Assembly (NCBI GenBank): GCA_951406725.2
Contig: OX597827.1
Location: 42,656,001 to 42,720,000 of the forward strand
Direction of reading: 5' to 3'
DNA length: 64,000 bases
Source: Octopus vulgaris
Lineage: Eukaryota
The notes under the pieces were generated by a model that was not told the origin of the DNA, did not search any database, and worked only from the letters and a program-made list of their open reading frames with translations. Each line of letters opens with the position of its first letter. Position 1 is the first letter of the stretch. This document shows, in pieces, positions 51,121 to 63,891 of this stretch. Both the position numbers and the translations under genes were made by a program.

Positions 51121-52711
51121 TATCATATATACATATATATACATATATTCTGTTATTTTCTTTCCTAAAGACAAGACGTGATTTTACCTATCTCCTCTCG
51201 TAGCTCGTCCTCTTAGCGTTCATAATAATTTTTCCATCCTTTTGGCTCAACAACCCTCATCGTTTGTTTTTACTGTCTTGTTCTCACTGTCCTGTTCTTG
51301 TTACTACTTTCACCCTCCTCAAAAAATCCCAAATTTTATTTAATTTGCTTTGCGGGAAGGACTGTTTCAACGAAGTCGCGTATTTTCCTTACATTCGTAA
51401 CGCGTATTTTTCGTACCTTCGTAACGCGAAGTAGATAAAAAACAGGGACAACTGATGAAAGGGAATAATGTCTCGTTTCTCTGTTTTTTTTTCGTTGTTC
51501 GAAAAAAGTTCGTTTTCTATGTTTTCTTTTCTCAATGTATTTAACGTTTTTTTTTTGATGTCCTGTACCCATATATGCATGTATATATACATATATATGT
51601 AAGTATGTACATATGTGTATTTATGCATATATTTATTTATTATTTATATACATATATGTATAAGGCGTAGACGTGGCTGTGCGGTAAGAAGCTTGCTTAC
51701 CAAGCACATGGATCCGGGCTCAGTCACACTGTGTGGCACATTGGGCAAGTGTCTTCTACTACAGTCATGTGAGGGGATTGGGTAGATGGAAACTGTAAGA
51801 AGTCCGGTGTATGTGTGTATGTATATATATATATGTGTATGTGCATGTGTGTGTGTGTGTGTGTGTATGTGTGTGTGTGTGTGTGTGTGTCCGAAGCACC
51901 CTATCAATCTTTCTAGTGAATAACTTCCAGATTACCAGATTTAAAAGAAGCGTGGTGGCCGATTTGATGAACAAAATTCTTGAAGAACGATTCCTTAGAA
52001 TGACTGCACCTGAATAACCTTCATCAAACTATATATGGATAGATGTGTATGTACGTGTGAGTTTGTGTGTGTGTGTGTGTGTATGTGTGTGTGCGCGAGC
52101 GTATGTAGATAAATACATATATATATATGTATATATATATATACGACGGGCTTCTTTCAGTTTCCGTCTACCAAATCCACTCACAACGCTTGAACCAGTG
52201 TTTTCTACGCTAGCCCTGGTCAAACCAATGCCTTGTGTTTGAATCTGGTTGACAGAAACTGTGTGGAAACCTGTCATACCTACGTGCATGTATCTTTGCA
52301 TGTGTCTGTCCCCCAACAGCCTTTTCACAACCGCTGTTGTTTTGTTTACACCCCCGTCCCGTAATTTAGCGGTTCGGCTCTAGGAACCGGTAGAAGTACG
52401 GCTAGACTTCACAAAAGAGTGTTGGAACTCTTTGTGGTAGTGCTCCAGCATGGCCACAGTGCAATGATTGAAACAAGTAAAAAATTAAAATATATATATA
52501 TATTTACGCGTGTATGTATTCCATGGTATATGTGTGTTTGTGTGTGTGTGCGTGAGTGTGTGTATATATATGTATGTGTATGTGTGTATAAGTGTGCGTG
52601 CGTATGTATGCATTATAAAGTATGTGTGTTATATATGCATGTAGGCATGCGTTTCTGAATGTGTATTCATATATTTGTGCATGACTGTATGTGTGTGTGA
52701 ATGTATATGAT

Positions 52712-52742
<31 letters not shown>

Positions 52743-53630
52743 GTGCGTGCGTGTTAAGCGTAATATACCTGGCAACAGAGCAGTCAAAGTACAAAGCAAA
52801 AATTCTATATAAATGTACTGATTGTACTCGAATAACTAGCACCGGTAACCTGTTTGAACCACTATCAGTAAGGCGATCGTTATGCGCTATATGCATGAGT
52901 ATATACATACACACACACTCACACACATACACACACACAAGCACACACTCACACACACACACACACACACACTCACACACACGCACACACAATCATACAC
53001 AAGCACACACAGTAGATTTATATAACGATATATATATATATACATATATACATATATATACACACCCAAATATTTATGCCTATACACATATAGGTATATA
53101 GATGATACAGATACATATAGATTGGCAAATAGATAGATAGAGAGAGGGGGAGAGAGATAGACAGGCAGACAGACAGACAGATAGACAGATAGATAGATAG
53201 ATACATACATACATACACACATACATACATACATACATACATACATACATACATACATACATACATAGACATATATTGTATGCACTTGAATATGCGTATA
53301 TGTGTATGTATTTAGGTATGTATAGATGTATGTATGTATGTATGTATGTATGGATGGATGGATGGATAGATGGATGTGTGTGTGTGTGTATGTATTTATA
53401 CATGTATGTATGCATGTATGTCAGCATGGTATATGCGATCTTGTTCTCGTCCACGCTATCATGTCTTTCATTCCTTCATTAAAGAGAGGTCGTTATCGAG
53501 GGGAAGGAGTCTCAGTCTTGTCACACTGTTGTGCGTCGTCATTAATATTGGTGGGCGGCTTTAATTTTAGCGCAAAAAGGCCGCCATACTTGATAGCATG
53601 TCGTAAACTACTGCACAAGCTTGAGATTAC

Positions 53631-53687
<57 letters not shown>

Positions 53688-53715
53688 CATAAATAAATAC
53701 ATACATATATATACA

Positions 53716-53808
<93 letters not shown>

Positions 53809-53910
53809 GAGTAAACACATAAATGTGAAACAAGGTGGAAAAAAAGAGTACTCAAATACCAGAGGTAGAGTAATATGCTTTATTTAAAAGCAGCAGAAAT
53901 TTAACAAAAG

Positions 53911-53948
53911 CTGTTACTCGGAGTTTCATGTTCCCGTTCGTCGGACAG
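53911..53948 (-). ncRNA. Hammerhead motif, inverted copy
   Basis: Reverse complement of 54085-54122 with two substitutions in stem-loop II (one a stem mismatch). Confidence 0.6.
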
Positions 53949-54084
53949 TTTTCCCTTCAATGTATAGGGTATCAATGTACAAGGTTTCATTTATGCGCTT
54001 TGTTTTAATTTCAGTTAGTGATCGGTGACCATGCTGGAGCACTGTCGTTTATTAGATCAATCTCAGTATTTTTTTTTAACAAAA

Positions 54085-54122
54085 CTGTCCGACGAACGGG
54101 TACGTGAAACTCCGAGTAACAG
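54085..54122 (+). ncRNA. Type I hammerhead ribozyme (U4C)
   Basis: CTGT-CCGACGA-ACG ggta CGT-GAAA-CTCCGAGT-A-ACAG; all three stems pair; cleavage triplet GUA ending at 54118. Confidence 0.75.
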
Positions 54123-54154
54123 CTTTTGTTAAGTTTCTGCTGCTTTTAAATAAA

Positions 54155-54205
<51 letters not shown>

Positions 54206-54288
54206 GGTCCCGGGTTGATTCGGGGTTAACCACAGTAAATAAGGTACTCAATACATAGCAGAGTAAAATTAATTTATTATATAGAAGG

Positions 54289-54339
54289 AGCTTCTACAGG
54301 ACTAGAACTGTTTCATTCAAGAGAAATCTTCAGGAAGCT
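54289..54339 (-). ncRNA. Type I hammerhead ribozyme, inverted copy
   Basis: Exact reverse complement of 54597-54647. Confidence 0.7.
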
Positions 54340-54596
54340 AGTTAACAAGAATTGTATTGGCATTTATACATTTAGGCAGGTTTAAAGGGGTGTTGGTGGG
54401 GGACTTTTTTGGGGTAGGCATAGCGCAAAATATCATACTTGGGGTAGTGGTCAAGCTTCTATCTAATTTAACACTGACTCCTTGACCACTCCCCCAAGTA
54501 TGATATTTTGCGCTATGCCTACCCCCAAAAAGTCCCCCACCAACACCCCTTTAAACCTGCCTAAATGTATAAATGCCAATACAATTCTTGTTAACT

Positions 54597-54647
54597 AGCT
54601 TCCTGAAGATTTCTCTTGAATGAAACAGTTCTAGTCCTGTAGAAGCT
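54597..54647 (+). ncRNA. Type I hammerhead ribozyme
   Basis: AGCTTC-CTGAAGA-T TTC tctt GAA T-GAAA-CAG ttctagtc CTGT-A-GAAGCT: 6-bp stem I, canonical core, GUA site ending at 54641. Confidence 0.75.
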
Positions 54648-54656
54648 CCTTCTATA

Positions 54657-54693
<37 letters not shown>

Positions 54694-54697
<4 letters not shown>

Positions 54698-54931
54698 CAC
54701 AAATAAGGGCAAACGAAAACATTTCCAATGCCAAATATGCCGAAAAATTGGACATATTGTCCATTAACCATATAATTTCTTTCACAATACGCACGCTACC
54801 CGAAAAAAGGTGGACCTTTTTTCGGGTAGCGTGCGTATTGTGAAAGAAATGATATGGTTAATGGACAATATGTCCAATTTTTCGGGATATTTGGCATTGG
54901 AAATTTTTTCGTTTGCCCTTATTTGTGAATT
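54694..54931. repeat. Near-perfect 238-bp palindrome
   Basis: 118-bp arms (3 mismatches) around a 2-nt centre at 54812-54813. Confidence 0.9.
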
Positions 54932-55047
54932 GTTTATAATTTTGACCTTTAGAGGTGTTTTTTAGTATGCTGGCCATTGATAAAATTGTTTTTTTGGAAA
55001 AGAATTTTTTTCGAAAAAAAATTTATCTTACATTTATATATATATAT

Positions 55048-55274
55048 TCTTTTACTTGTTTCAGTCATTTGACTGCGCCAATGCTGGAGCACCATCTTTA
55101 GTCGAACGAATCGACCCCCAAATCGGGCTTCTTTCAATTTCCGTCTACTAAATCAACTCACAAAGCTTTGGTCGGCCCGAGGCTATAGCAGAAGCCACTT
55201 GCCCATGATGTCACGCAGTAGGACTGAATCATGTGGTTGGGAAGCAAGCTTCTTACCACACAGCCACCCCTGCG

Positions 55275-55277
<3 letters not shown>
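55048..55277 (-). mobile_element. SINE family B, internally deleted
   Basis: Reverse-complement head and tail joined without the middle part. Confidence 0.75.
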
Positions 55278-55334
<57 letters not shown>

Positions 55335-55440
55335 TACATATACATCCGTACATACAAAAATGCACATATATATGTATGAGTGTGTGAATGTATATATACA
55401 TATATTCACACTCTCATGTATGTATGTATAAATATGTGTT

Positions 55441-55480
<40 letters not shown>

Positions 55481-56459
55481 TGTTTGTATGTATATATGTG
55501 TGCATGTATTGAGAATACTTTGTGTCAATCAGTACATCACCGTTTATCTTGGTCTTCTTGTCCTTCTGCGTTATCCCTTTTACATAGAGGCGTGGTCTGT
55601 TTATCAGAGAAGGAATGTGTGTATGTGTGTGTGTGTGTGAGAGAGGGAGAGAGAGGGAGAGAAAGATAGATAAGAGAAGGAGAGCGAGAGAAAGAAAGAG
55701 AGAGAGAATATGTTTATGCGTATGAAAACGGTGTATGCATGCAAGCGTGTGTTTTGTGTTGTGAATATAAAAATGTGTTTAGAGATAAAGGTAACGCTGG
55801 TGTGAGTGCAGTGTACTCCAAAGAATGTGTCACCTCAATAGTCACCCGACGAGAGCCCCATATATGGGCAAGGGTCTCGGCTTCAGTCTTCCTTGCCTGC
55901 CATTCATTGTATGTTGACTCAGATAGGTTTTGGGTACAGTACTTGATTGGCATTTTAATATATCAACGTCAGGGGAATAAAATGCAAATTAGGCCACGTT
56001 GGGATTCGAACTCAGAGCGTAAAGTGCGAGAGCAAATGCTTCAGTGGTTTTTGTCTCGACGACCTGACCTGATTTTAGAAGTCTATGTCATTGTCCTACT
56101 TGAGTTATTTCCCTTCAATGTATAGGGTTTCAATGTACAAGGTTTCCTTTATGCTCTTTGTTTTAATTTTAGTTTCAGTAAGTGATCGGTGACCATTCTG
56201 GAGCACTGTCGTTTATTCGATTAGATCAATCTCAGTATTTACATCGCAATTGTTATTTATCTTCATATCATCCATGATCCAATAGATTTAAGGTCAATTG
56301 GTTTAAAACCCTAATCATCATTTCCTTCCCTTATTCATTGCGCAACCAATGGTGCGTACTTTCTGTTTTGGAGATGGAGCGTGCAATTTAAAACAGATTT
56401 GGCTGGTAACTCTAGCAATCCCAACAACCATGCAAAGGCTCTCACATGGTCAAATCCAA

Positions 56460-56493
56460 TTTTTTGACGAAGAGCTCCGTTCGAAACGTTAAA
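56460..56493 (+). ncRNA. Hammerhead-like motif (C3U), same family as 4333
   Basis: TTTT-TTGACGA-A-GAGC tcc GTTC-GAAA-CGT-T-AAA; downstream tail to 56597 matches 4368-4457. Confidence 0.5.
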
Positions 56494-56699
56494 TCCTCCT
56501 TTCTTTCTTTTCCTGAGCGTCCAATAACACTATACTTGTTCCACGTCCTCACGTTGTTGTGTTTTTTCTTTGTTCTTGTTCATGTTTGGATTAACTATGT
56601 ATGTATGTATGTATGTATGTATATTTACTATATATATATATATGTATGTTTGTAGGTATGTATGTACGTATGTATGTATATTTACTATATATATACATA

Positions 56700-56910
56700 T
56701 GTTTGTATCTGTGTTTGTCCCTTCACCATTGCTTCACAACCGATGTTGGTGTGCTTAATCCCCGTAACTTAGCGCTCTGGTAAAAGTGACTGATAATATA
56801 AGTAAGTACTAGGCTTACAAAGAATAAGTCCCGGAGTCGATTTGTTCGACGAAAGGTGATGCTCCAGCATGGCCGCACGCAGTCTAATGTACTCAAGTAA
56901 AAGATAAAAG
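56700..56910 (+). mobile_element. SINE family B 3' half
   Basis: Family B tail sequence. Confidence 0.75.
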
Positions 56911-57112
56911 ATTGGCAGATCCAAAATACTATCAGCAGTGATTATAGCAAACGCATAGACATAAAAAAAGAGAGAAGCGAAAGGACATGATGCTCAGACT
57001 AACACTGATGATAAAACGAAGTCATTGTATTAAAAATATAATAGTAATTTCGCCATAAATATATCTTATATTATATTACAAATGTCAGTAAGTGTATTTC
57101 TAGTATTATTTT

Positions 57113-57973
57113 TACCTCCACCTTCGCTAAGGGGGAGATATTGTTTTCAGTTGTGCTTGTTTGTTTTTTTGGTTTGAACGTGAACAAGATATCTCAAAAA
57201 ACACTAGATGGATTCGGATGAAACTTCCAAGGATGTCTGGCCTCGTGACTGGCACGAACTGATTAGATTTTGGGATTGATCCGGTACCGGACAAGGATTC
57301 TGGATTATTTTTACTGCTTTCTTACATAATATTTGAGAGCGATCGGGTTCATTTTTAGTATTCTCGTTTGTGAGAGCAGTCGAGTTTATTTCAGATATTC
57401 TCGTTTTAAAAAACCATCTCCGACTAATCGTTGAGAGGACGCTGGTGTTGCCTTGGCAGAGGTTTGCACTCTCTGGGGGTGCTGTTGTTTTATTCTTTAT
57501 TTCATTGTTTAGTCTGTTTAGAATTGTCTTCTTTATTATCTGATCATTAAGAGAGAATAGTAATTTATAGAGGGAAAGTAATTTCTTTCCCTTTGACTAT
57601 TCTTGCCTCCGCCTTACCGAAGGCAGAGGTATTGTTTACAGTCGTATTTGTTTGTTTGATTTGACCGAAGACAAGATATCTCAAGAACCACTGGATGGAT
57701 TCGGATGAAACTTTCAGGGATGTTTGGCCTCGTGACTGACACAAACCAATTAGATTATGGGATCGATCCGGTACCGAACAAGGATTCTGGATTACTTTTA
57801 CTGCTTTCTTATTTAATTTTTGAGAGCGATCGGGTTCATTTTTAGTATTCTCGTTTGTGAGAGCAGTCGAGTTTATTTCAGACATTTTCATTTTAAAAAT
57901 CGTCCCTGGCTAAACGTTGACAGGACGTTAGTGTTGCCTTGGCGGAGGTTTGCACTCTCTGGGGGTGCTCTTG
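57113..57973 (+). mobile_element. Two tandem Helentron-type HINE copies (57113-57488, 57603-57973)
   Basis: SubTIRs acctccgcc / ggcggaggt, 3' stem-loop gcactctctgggggtgc, T-rich flanks, no TSD. Confidence 0.75.
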
Positions 57974-58029
57974 TTTTTATGTGTTTGTGCGTGCGTTTGT
58001 GTGCACATCCTGTATATAGGAGTAATTTT

Positions 58030-58237
58030 TTTTACTTGTCTCAGTCGCTGAAGTGCGGCCATTTTGGGACACCATCTTGAAAGGTTCTTGTCGAACAACC
58101 CGATCGCCTGTACTTATTTTTTTTTAAATCCTAACCGCTGAGTTATGGTAACGTAAATAAATTAACATCGGTTGTCAAGCGGTGTTGGAGGACAAATGCA
58201 CACACGCACACATACGCATATGAATATATATATATAT

Positions 58238-58295
<58 letters not shown>

Positions 58296-58517
58296 ATGTG
58301 TGTGTGTGTAAAAATATATATAGATATATATATATAAATATATATACATAAGTACCAGGTTTTAGAAAATATTAAAAAAATTACTGAGGTCGAATCATTC
58401 GACAAAAGTTCATCACTATATCTATACTTCTCTCTCAATCTCACATCTCGCTCTCTCTTTCTGTGTGTATATATATATATATATAGATCAATAAATGGTG
58501 GGGTTGTGTTGACCTTG

Positions 58518-58566
<49 letters not shown>

Positions 58567-58602
58567 GACATACATACATGCATATAGATATATACATACA
58601 TA

Positions 58603-58645
<43 letters not shown>

Positions 58646-59268
58646 GGGCTTTTTAGAAAAAAATTTCCGTCTGCCAAATATGCACAAGACTTTGTCAGAG
58701 TAGAAAATACTTGCCCAAGGTGCCAGGCAATGGGACTGAATTAGGAAATACGTGTTTAGGAAGCAAGCTTTAAACCACACACCCACGCCTGTACATATTA
58801 TGCAAATCTTGTGTACATTCATATGTACATATGTGTGTGTGTGAATGCGCGCGCGCGCGCGCGCGTGCGCGTGCGTGTTGACAATATTGGCTCTGTGGCT
58901 TCAGGTTTTGCAAGACGAGATGAATAAGCTGTTACAGGCCTAACTTGAATTACCACTCAGTAATTTCTTTGCTCTACTAAATGTATAGAGTTACACCATC
59001 AGTAAATGTTGTGTCTTTTTTCTACAAGTTAATTAACAATACCAAATACAGACCGCCCCCCACACACATATATACACACATACCCACTCACATTGTATGC
59101 TTATTCTATTCTTTTATTTTTTTTAGTCATTTGACTGCAGCCATGCTGGGGCACCACAGGGATGAAATTTAATCGAATGATTCGACCTCAGTAATTTTTT
59201 TAATATTTTCTAAAACCTGGTACTTATGCTGTCAGTAGTGGGGGACAAACACAGTCACCTCCCCGCCC

Positions 59269-59316
<48 letters not shown>

Positions 59317-59485
59317 GAGGGACTTCTTTCTGTTTCCGTCTACCAGATATACTCACAAGGCTTTGGTCGGCCAGTGGCTATAATAGAAGACACTTGCTCA
59401 AGTTCCCACGCAGTAGGACTGAACCCAGTGGTTGGGAAGCAAGTTAATTTTATTTGTACTTTTATTATTATTATTATTATTATTA

Positions 59486-59543
<58 letters not shown>

Positions 59544-60046
59544 CATTAAAATTTAACATCAAAATAGCATTCTCCCAACTTACTCAGTCAGCACTGACAT
59601 GAGAGTCAATATGCATGATATACTCCCTGTGTGGAAAATCCTAAATTCTTTTTTTCTTTTATTTGTTTCAGTTATTTGACTCTGGCCATGCTGGAGCACT
59701 GCCTTTAGTCGAGCAAATCGACTCCAGGACTTATTCATTGTAAGCCTAGTACTTATTCTATCGGTCTCTTTTGCCGAGTCGCTAAGTGACGGGGGACGTA
59801 AACACACCCGCATCGGTTGTCAAGCGATATTGGGAGGAACAGACACAGACACACAAACATATACATATACATACATATATATACGACGGGCTTCTTTCAG
59901 TTTCCGTCTACCAAATCCATTCAAGGCTTTGGTCGGCCCGAGGCTATAGTAGAAGACACTTGCCCAACGTGCCACGCATGAGGAAATAGACCCTGAACCA
60001 TGTGGCTGGTAATCAAGCTACTTAACACACAACCACTCCTGCGCCT
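58030..60046 (-). mobile_element. Three SINE family B copies (58030-58790, 59110-59445, 59650-60046)
   Basis: Reverse-complement family B heads and tails with expanded internal microsatellites. Confidence 0.75.
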
Positions 60047-60066
60047 AAATTTTATTTTAAAATTAA

Positions 60067-60165
60067 TTCACCTGAAGCAAACCGTTTTTTGGGGGTTTTA
60101 TTTTTATATGAAGTCATTGATTTGTTCATCAATAAAAAAACCCCGTCTGAAACAGCTGTAGTGAA
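60067..60165 (+). ncRNA. Type I hammerhead-like motif with long stem II (A9C)
   Basis: TTCAC-CTGAAGC-[70 nt including ggggtttt/aaaacccc]-GAAA-CAGCTGT-A-GTGAA: 5-bp stem I, palindromic stem III. Confidence 0.6.
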
Positions 60166-60182
60166 CCTCAGCTCATTTCTGT

Positions 60183-60415
60183 TGTTATTATTTAAGACGT
60201 CGCACAATATCCAATATCGTGATGTTGTTGATTGAATATATTGTGTCTACCGGGGTTTTGTACTGTCTGTCAAGTCACAACAAAGACACTAGACATCCAC
60301 TTTATGCAATAAGCTTTATGCAATAAGCGTGCAGTTCCCAGTAATACCGATTTTTGCGATACACCTAGATTGTAGGGTATTCCTAAAGTTTCTAGATGTT
60401 TCTCTAATTTCGGTT
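60183..60415 (-). pseudogene. R4/Dong-like LINE 3' end
   Basis: PKLEKHLETLGIPYNLGVSQKSVLLGTARLLHKAL resembles the LQKxALLGTARILR terminus; 3' UTR ends in (AAT)n. Confidence 0.75.
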
Positions 60416-60439
60416 ATCATCATCCTCATCATCATCATT

Positions 60440-60647
60440 CGAGCTGGCAGAATCTTTAGAGTGCTGGACGAAATGCTTAGCGGTATTTCGCCTGTGGCTA
60501 CGTTCTGAGTTCGAATTCCGCTGAGGTCGACTTTGCCATCCATCCTTTCGACGTTGATAGATTAAGTACCAGTGAAACACTGGGGTCAATGTAATCGACT
60601 AGTCCCCCTCCCCCAAAGTTTCAGGCCTTGCGCCTATAATAGAAAGG

Positions 60648-60650
<3 letters not shown>
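60440..60650 (+). mobile_element. SINE family A
   Basis: Head and core present; tail runs into (TTA)n. Confidence 0.85.
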
Positions 60651-60698
<48 letters not shown>

Positions 60699-60775
60699 GT
60701 TATTATTACAATTATTATTGTTGTTGTTGTAGTCGTCTGTCTTTACGTTCTGAGTTCAAACTCCGCAAACACACA

Positions 60776-60814
<39 letters not shown>

Positions 60815-60978
60815 ACGAGATATGATGTACAAATAATTTAAAATATGGCCTTCACCACCGGGATAAAGCCACAAAAACCATTTATTTTATCACTTATGTT
60901 TGTTTGAAATATATTTATTATGTATGGTTTGAAACAATGTAACATGATTCCATATCTATATGTATAAATAAATAAAGC

Positions 60979-61069
<91 letters not shown>

Positions 61070-61384
61070 GGATAGATAGATGAATAAATAAATAGGGAAA
61101 AACGGCAGGAAGGAGCATAGCATCTGCCACTACTCTTGGGGAAAACACTAATTTCTTTGAAGAAAAACCGAGACCTTTTTTTTTCTCTCTCTCTCTCTCT
61201 TTTTTACTTTTCGGAATAAATGAAAACAAGACGATCGGGTCTTGGCAACAAGCCATCAAAATCTAACATCAATGGCGGCAGGAAAAAAAAAAAGCGTTAA
61301 ATATATCAAACAAACATTGAAGTAGAGAAATAATCAAACGGTGAGTAAACAGTACAAGATGAAGAGGAATACAGGTAGATCGTC

Positions 61385-61840
61385 GTCTTCTTCTTCTTCT
61401 TCTTCTTCTTCTTCTTCTTCTTCTTCTTCTTCTTCTTCTTCTTCTTCATCTTCTTCTTCTTCTTCTTCTTCTTCATCTTCTTCTTCTTCTTCTTCTTCTT
61501 CTTCTCCTCCTCCTTCTTCTTCTTCTTCTTCTCCTCCTCTTCCTTCTTCTTCTTCTTCTCCTCCTCCTTCTTCTTCTTCTTCTTCTTCTTCTTCTTCTTC
61601 TTCTTCTTCTTCTTCTTCTCCTTCTTCTTCTTCTTCTTCTTCTTCTTCTTCTTCTTCTTCTTCTTCTTCTTCTTCTTCTTCTTCTTCTTCTTCTTCTTCT
61701 TCTTCTTCTTCTTCTTCTCCTCCTCCTCCTTCTTCTTCTTCTTCTTCTTCTTCTTCTTCTTCTTCTTCTCCTTCTTCTTCTTCTTCTTCTTCTTCTTCTT
61801 CTTCTTCTTCTTCTTCTTCTTCTTCTTCTTCTCCTTCTTC
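61385..61840. repeat. (TTC)n polypyrimidine tract, about 455 bp
   Basis: Direct reading; source of the poly-S and poly-R ORFs. Confidence 0.95.
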
Positions 61841-62205
61841 CGTTGTGGTGCTCGTCGTCGCCGTTGGAAAACATTATATATGACTAAATACTCGTATACC
61901 TAGTGCACACGTGTGTTTGCAAACACATGGCCACGCAGACGCAACTCACACCGCGCACACAGGCAGACAAACTCAAACACATATACACACACACACAAAC
62001 ACATACGCAAAGTACAAATTCACACGTAAACACAGTCATACATACATACATACATACATACATACATACATACATACATACATACATACATACATACATA
62101 CATACATACATGCATACATACAGACAGACAGACAAACACACAAGCGAACAGACAGACAGACAGACAGTCAGATAGACAGACAGATAGACAGACAGACAGA
62201 CAGAC

Positions 62206-62361
<156 letters not shown>

Positions 62362-63346
62362 TCATATATATACTTGAATATATGTGTGAGTGTATGTGTG
62401 TGTGAGTGTACGTGTGTGTGAGTGTATGTGTGTGTGTGTGTTGTGTAGAAAGATAAATAAATACACAAATACATTCACATAGATTTATTCAAAGAATTTT
62501 TTCAAAAGTATACATACGGGTACACACACACACCTATACCTACACATACACACACATATATATACACATATATTCATATAACATAATATCACACACACAT
62601 ATATATACGTACGTATTGTGTGTTTAATATATGTATGTATGTATATCCGTATGCATGTATTGTATGTATGTATGTATGTATTCTATGTATGTATGTATGT
62701 ATGTATGTATGTATGTATGTATGTATGTATTGTATGTATGTATGTATGTATGTATGTATGTATGTATGTATGTATGTACTCTATGTATGTATATATGTAT
62801 GTATGTATGTTGTATGTATGTATGTATGTATTGTATGTATGTATGTATTGTATGTATGTATACCTAAATTCAGGGAAATTTTTTCCAAACTATAAAACCC
62901 AATACATAACTCTAAAACTTATTTCTTTGACACAACTTCACAAATAGTTTTGAAGATAATTCTCCGAGTTGTGCGAAATACGATAACGCGATCATGTGAG
63001 TCTAGAAACGATAAGAAAATGAGCAACACGACAACTCTCCATACCTTCAACTATTAAATCCTACAGTCTATGATCTCTATCGATGGTTAATACAAACATT
63101 GGGAAATAAATTGTCCTGTTTATTAGCGACGCATCGTACAAGGCGGTGAGCTGGCAAAGTTGTTATCGTATCGGGCAAAAATTGTTAGCAGCCATTTTTT
63201 TTTTCTGGTCTTTTACGTTCGGAGCTAAAAGCCCGCCGAAGTCAACACTTCTTTTTTTTTTTGACAAGAAGGTAATATTTCGTACGCAGTACAGCCGTGA
63301 AGGCAGCAGAAAGATTGGGTATTATTACCCTTATAGAGTAATAATA

Positions 63347-63760
63347 GGCGTATGAGTGGCTGCGTAGTAATTAGCTTGCTTACGAACCACATGGTTCCGG
63401 GTTCAGACCCACTGTGTGGCACCTTGGGCAAGTGTCTTCTACTATTGCCTCGGGCCGACCAAAGCTTTGTGAGTGGATTTGATAGAAGGAAACTGAAAGA
63501 AGCCTGTCGTATATATGTATGTATATATATGTGTGTGTATGTTGGTGTGCATATGTTTGTGTGACTGTGTCTGTCCCCTCAACATCGCTTGACAACCGAT
63601 GCTTGTGTGTATACGTCCTCGTAACTTAGCTGTTCAGCAAAGAGACTGATAGAATAAGTACTAGGCTTACAAAGAATAAATCCTGGGGCCGATTTGCTCG
63701 ACTAAAGGCGCTGCTCCCGCATGGCCACAGTCAAATGACTGAAACAAGTAAAAGAATAAA
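63347..63760 (+). mobile_element. SINE family B
   Basis: Full-length copy. Confidence 0.85.
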
Positions 63761-63891
63761 GGAGTTATAAAACGGAAAAACGTTGTCAGCAGAGAGCCAC
63801 GGGGCCACGGGGCCCATCCAATCTTTCTGCTGTTTTTACAGCTATACTACGTTCGAAATATTACGTTCTTGTCTGTATAATACAATATACG

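Larger units (their letters stand above)
53806..54155. mobile_element. Fold-back hammerhead element with captured spacer
   Basis: Arms 53878-53952 and 54081-54155; (TA)n on both sides. Confidence 0.8.
54270..54666. mobile_element. Fold-back hammerhead element, 186-bp arms
   Basis: 54270-54455 is the reverse complement of 54481-54666 (25-nt spacer); element extends left to about 54202; (TA)n flanks. Confidence 0.85.

Noticed and set aside
51445-51570. CTGATGA...ttgttcGAAA motif (also minus strand at about 9065-9205, and a CTGAAGA at 11138)
   Set aside because: Core words are present in a repeated microsatellite-flanked element, but I could not build convincing stems I and III, so they were not counted among the hammerheads.
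58847-58878. (CG)n tract as a CpG island or promoter
   Set aside because: Only about 30 bp and contiguous with (TG)n; a compound microsatellite.
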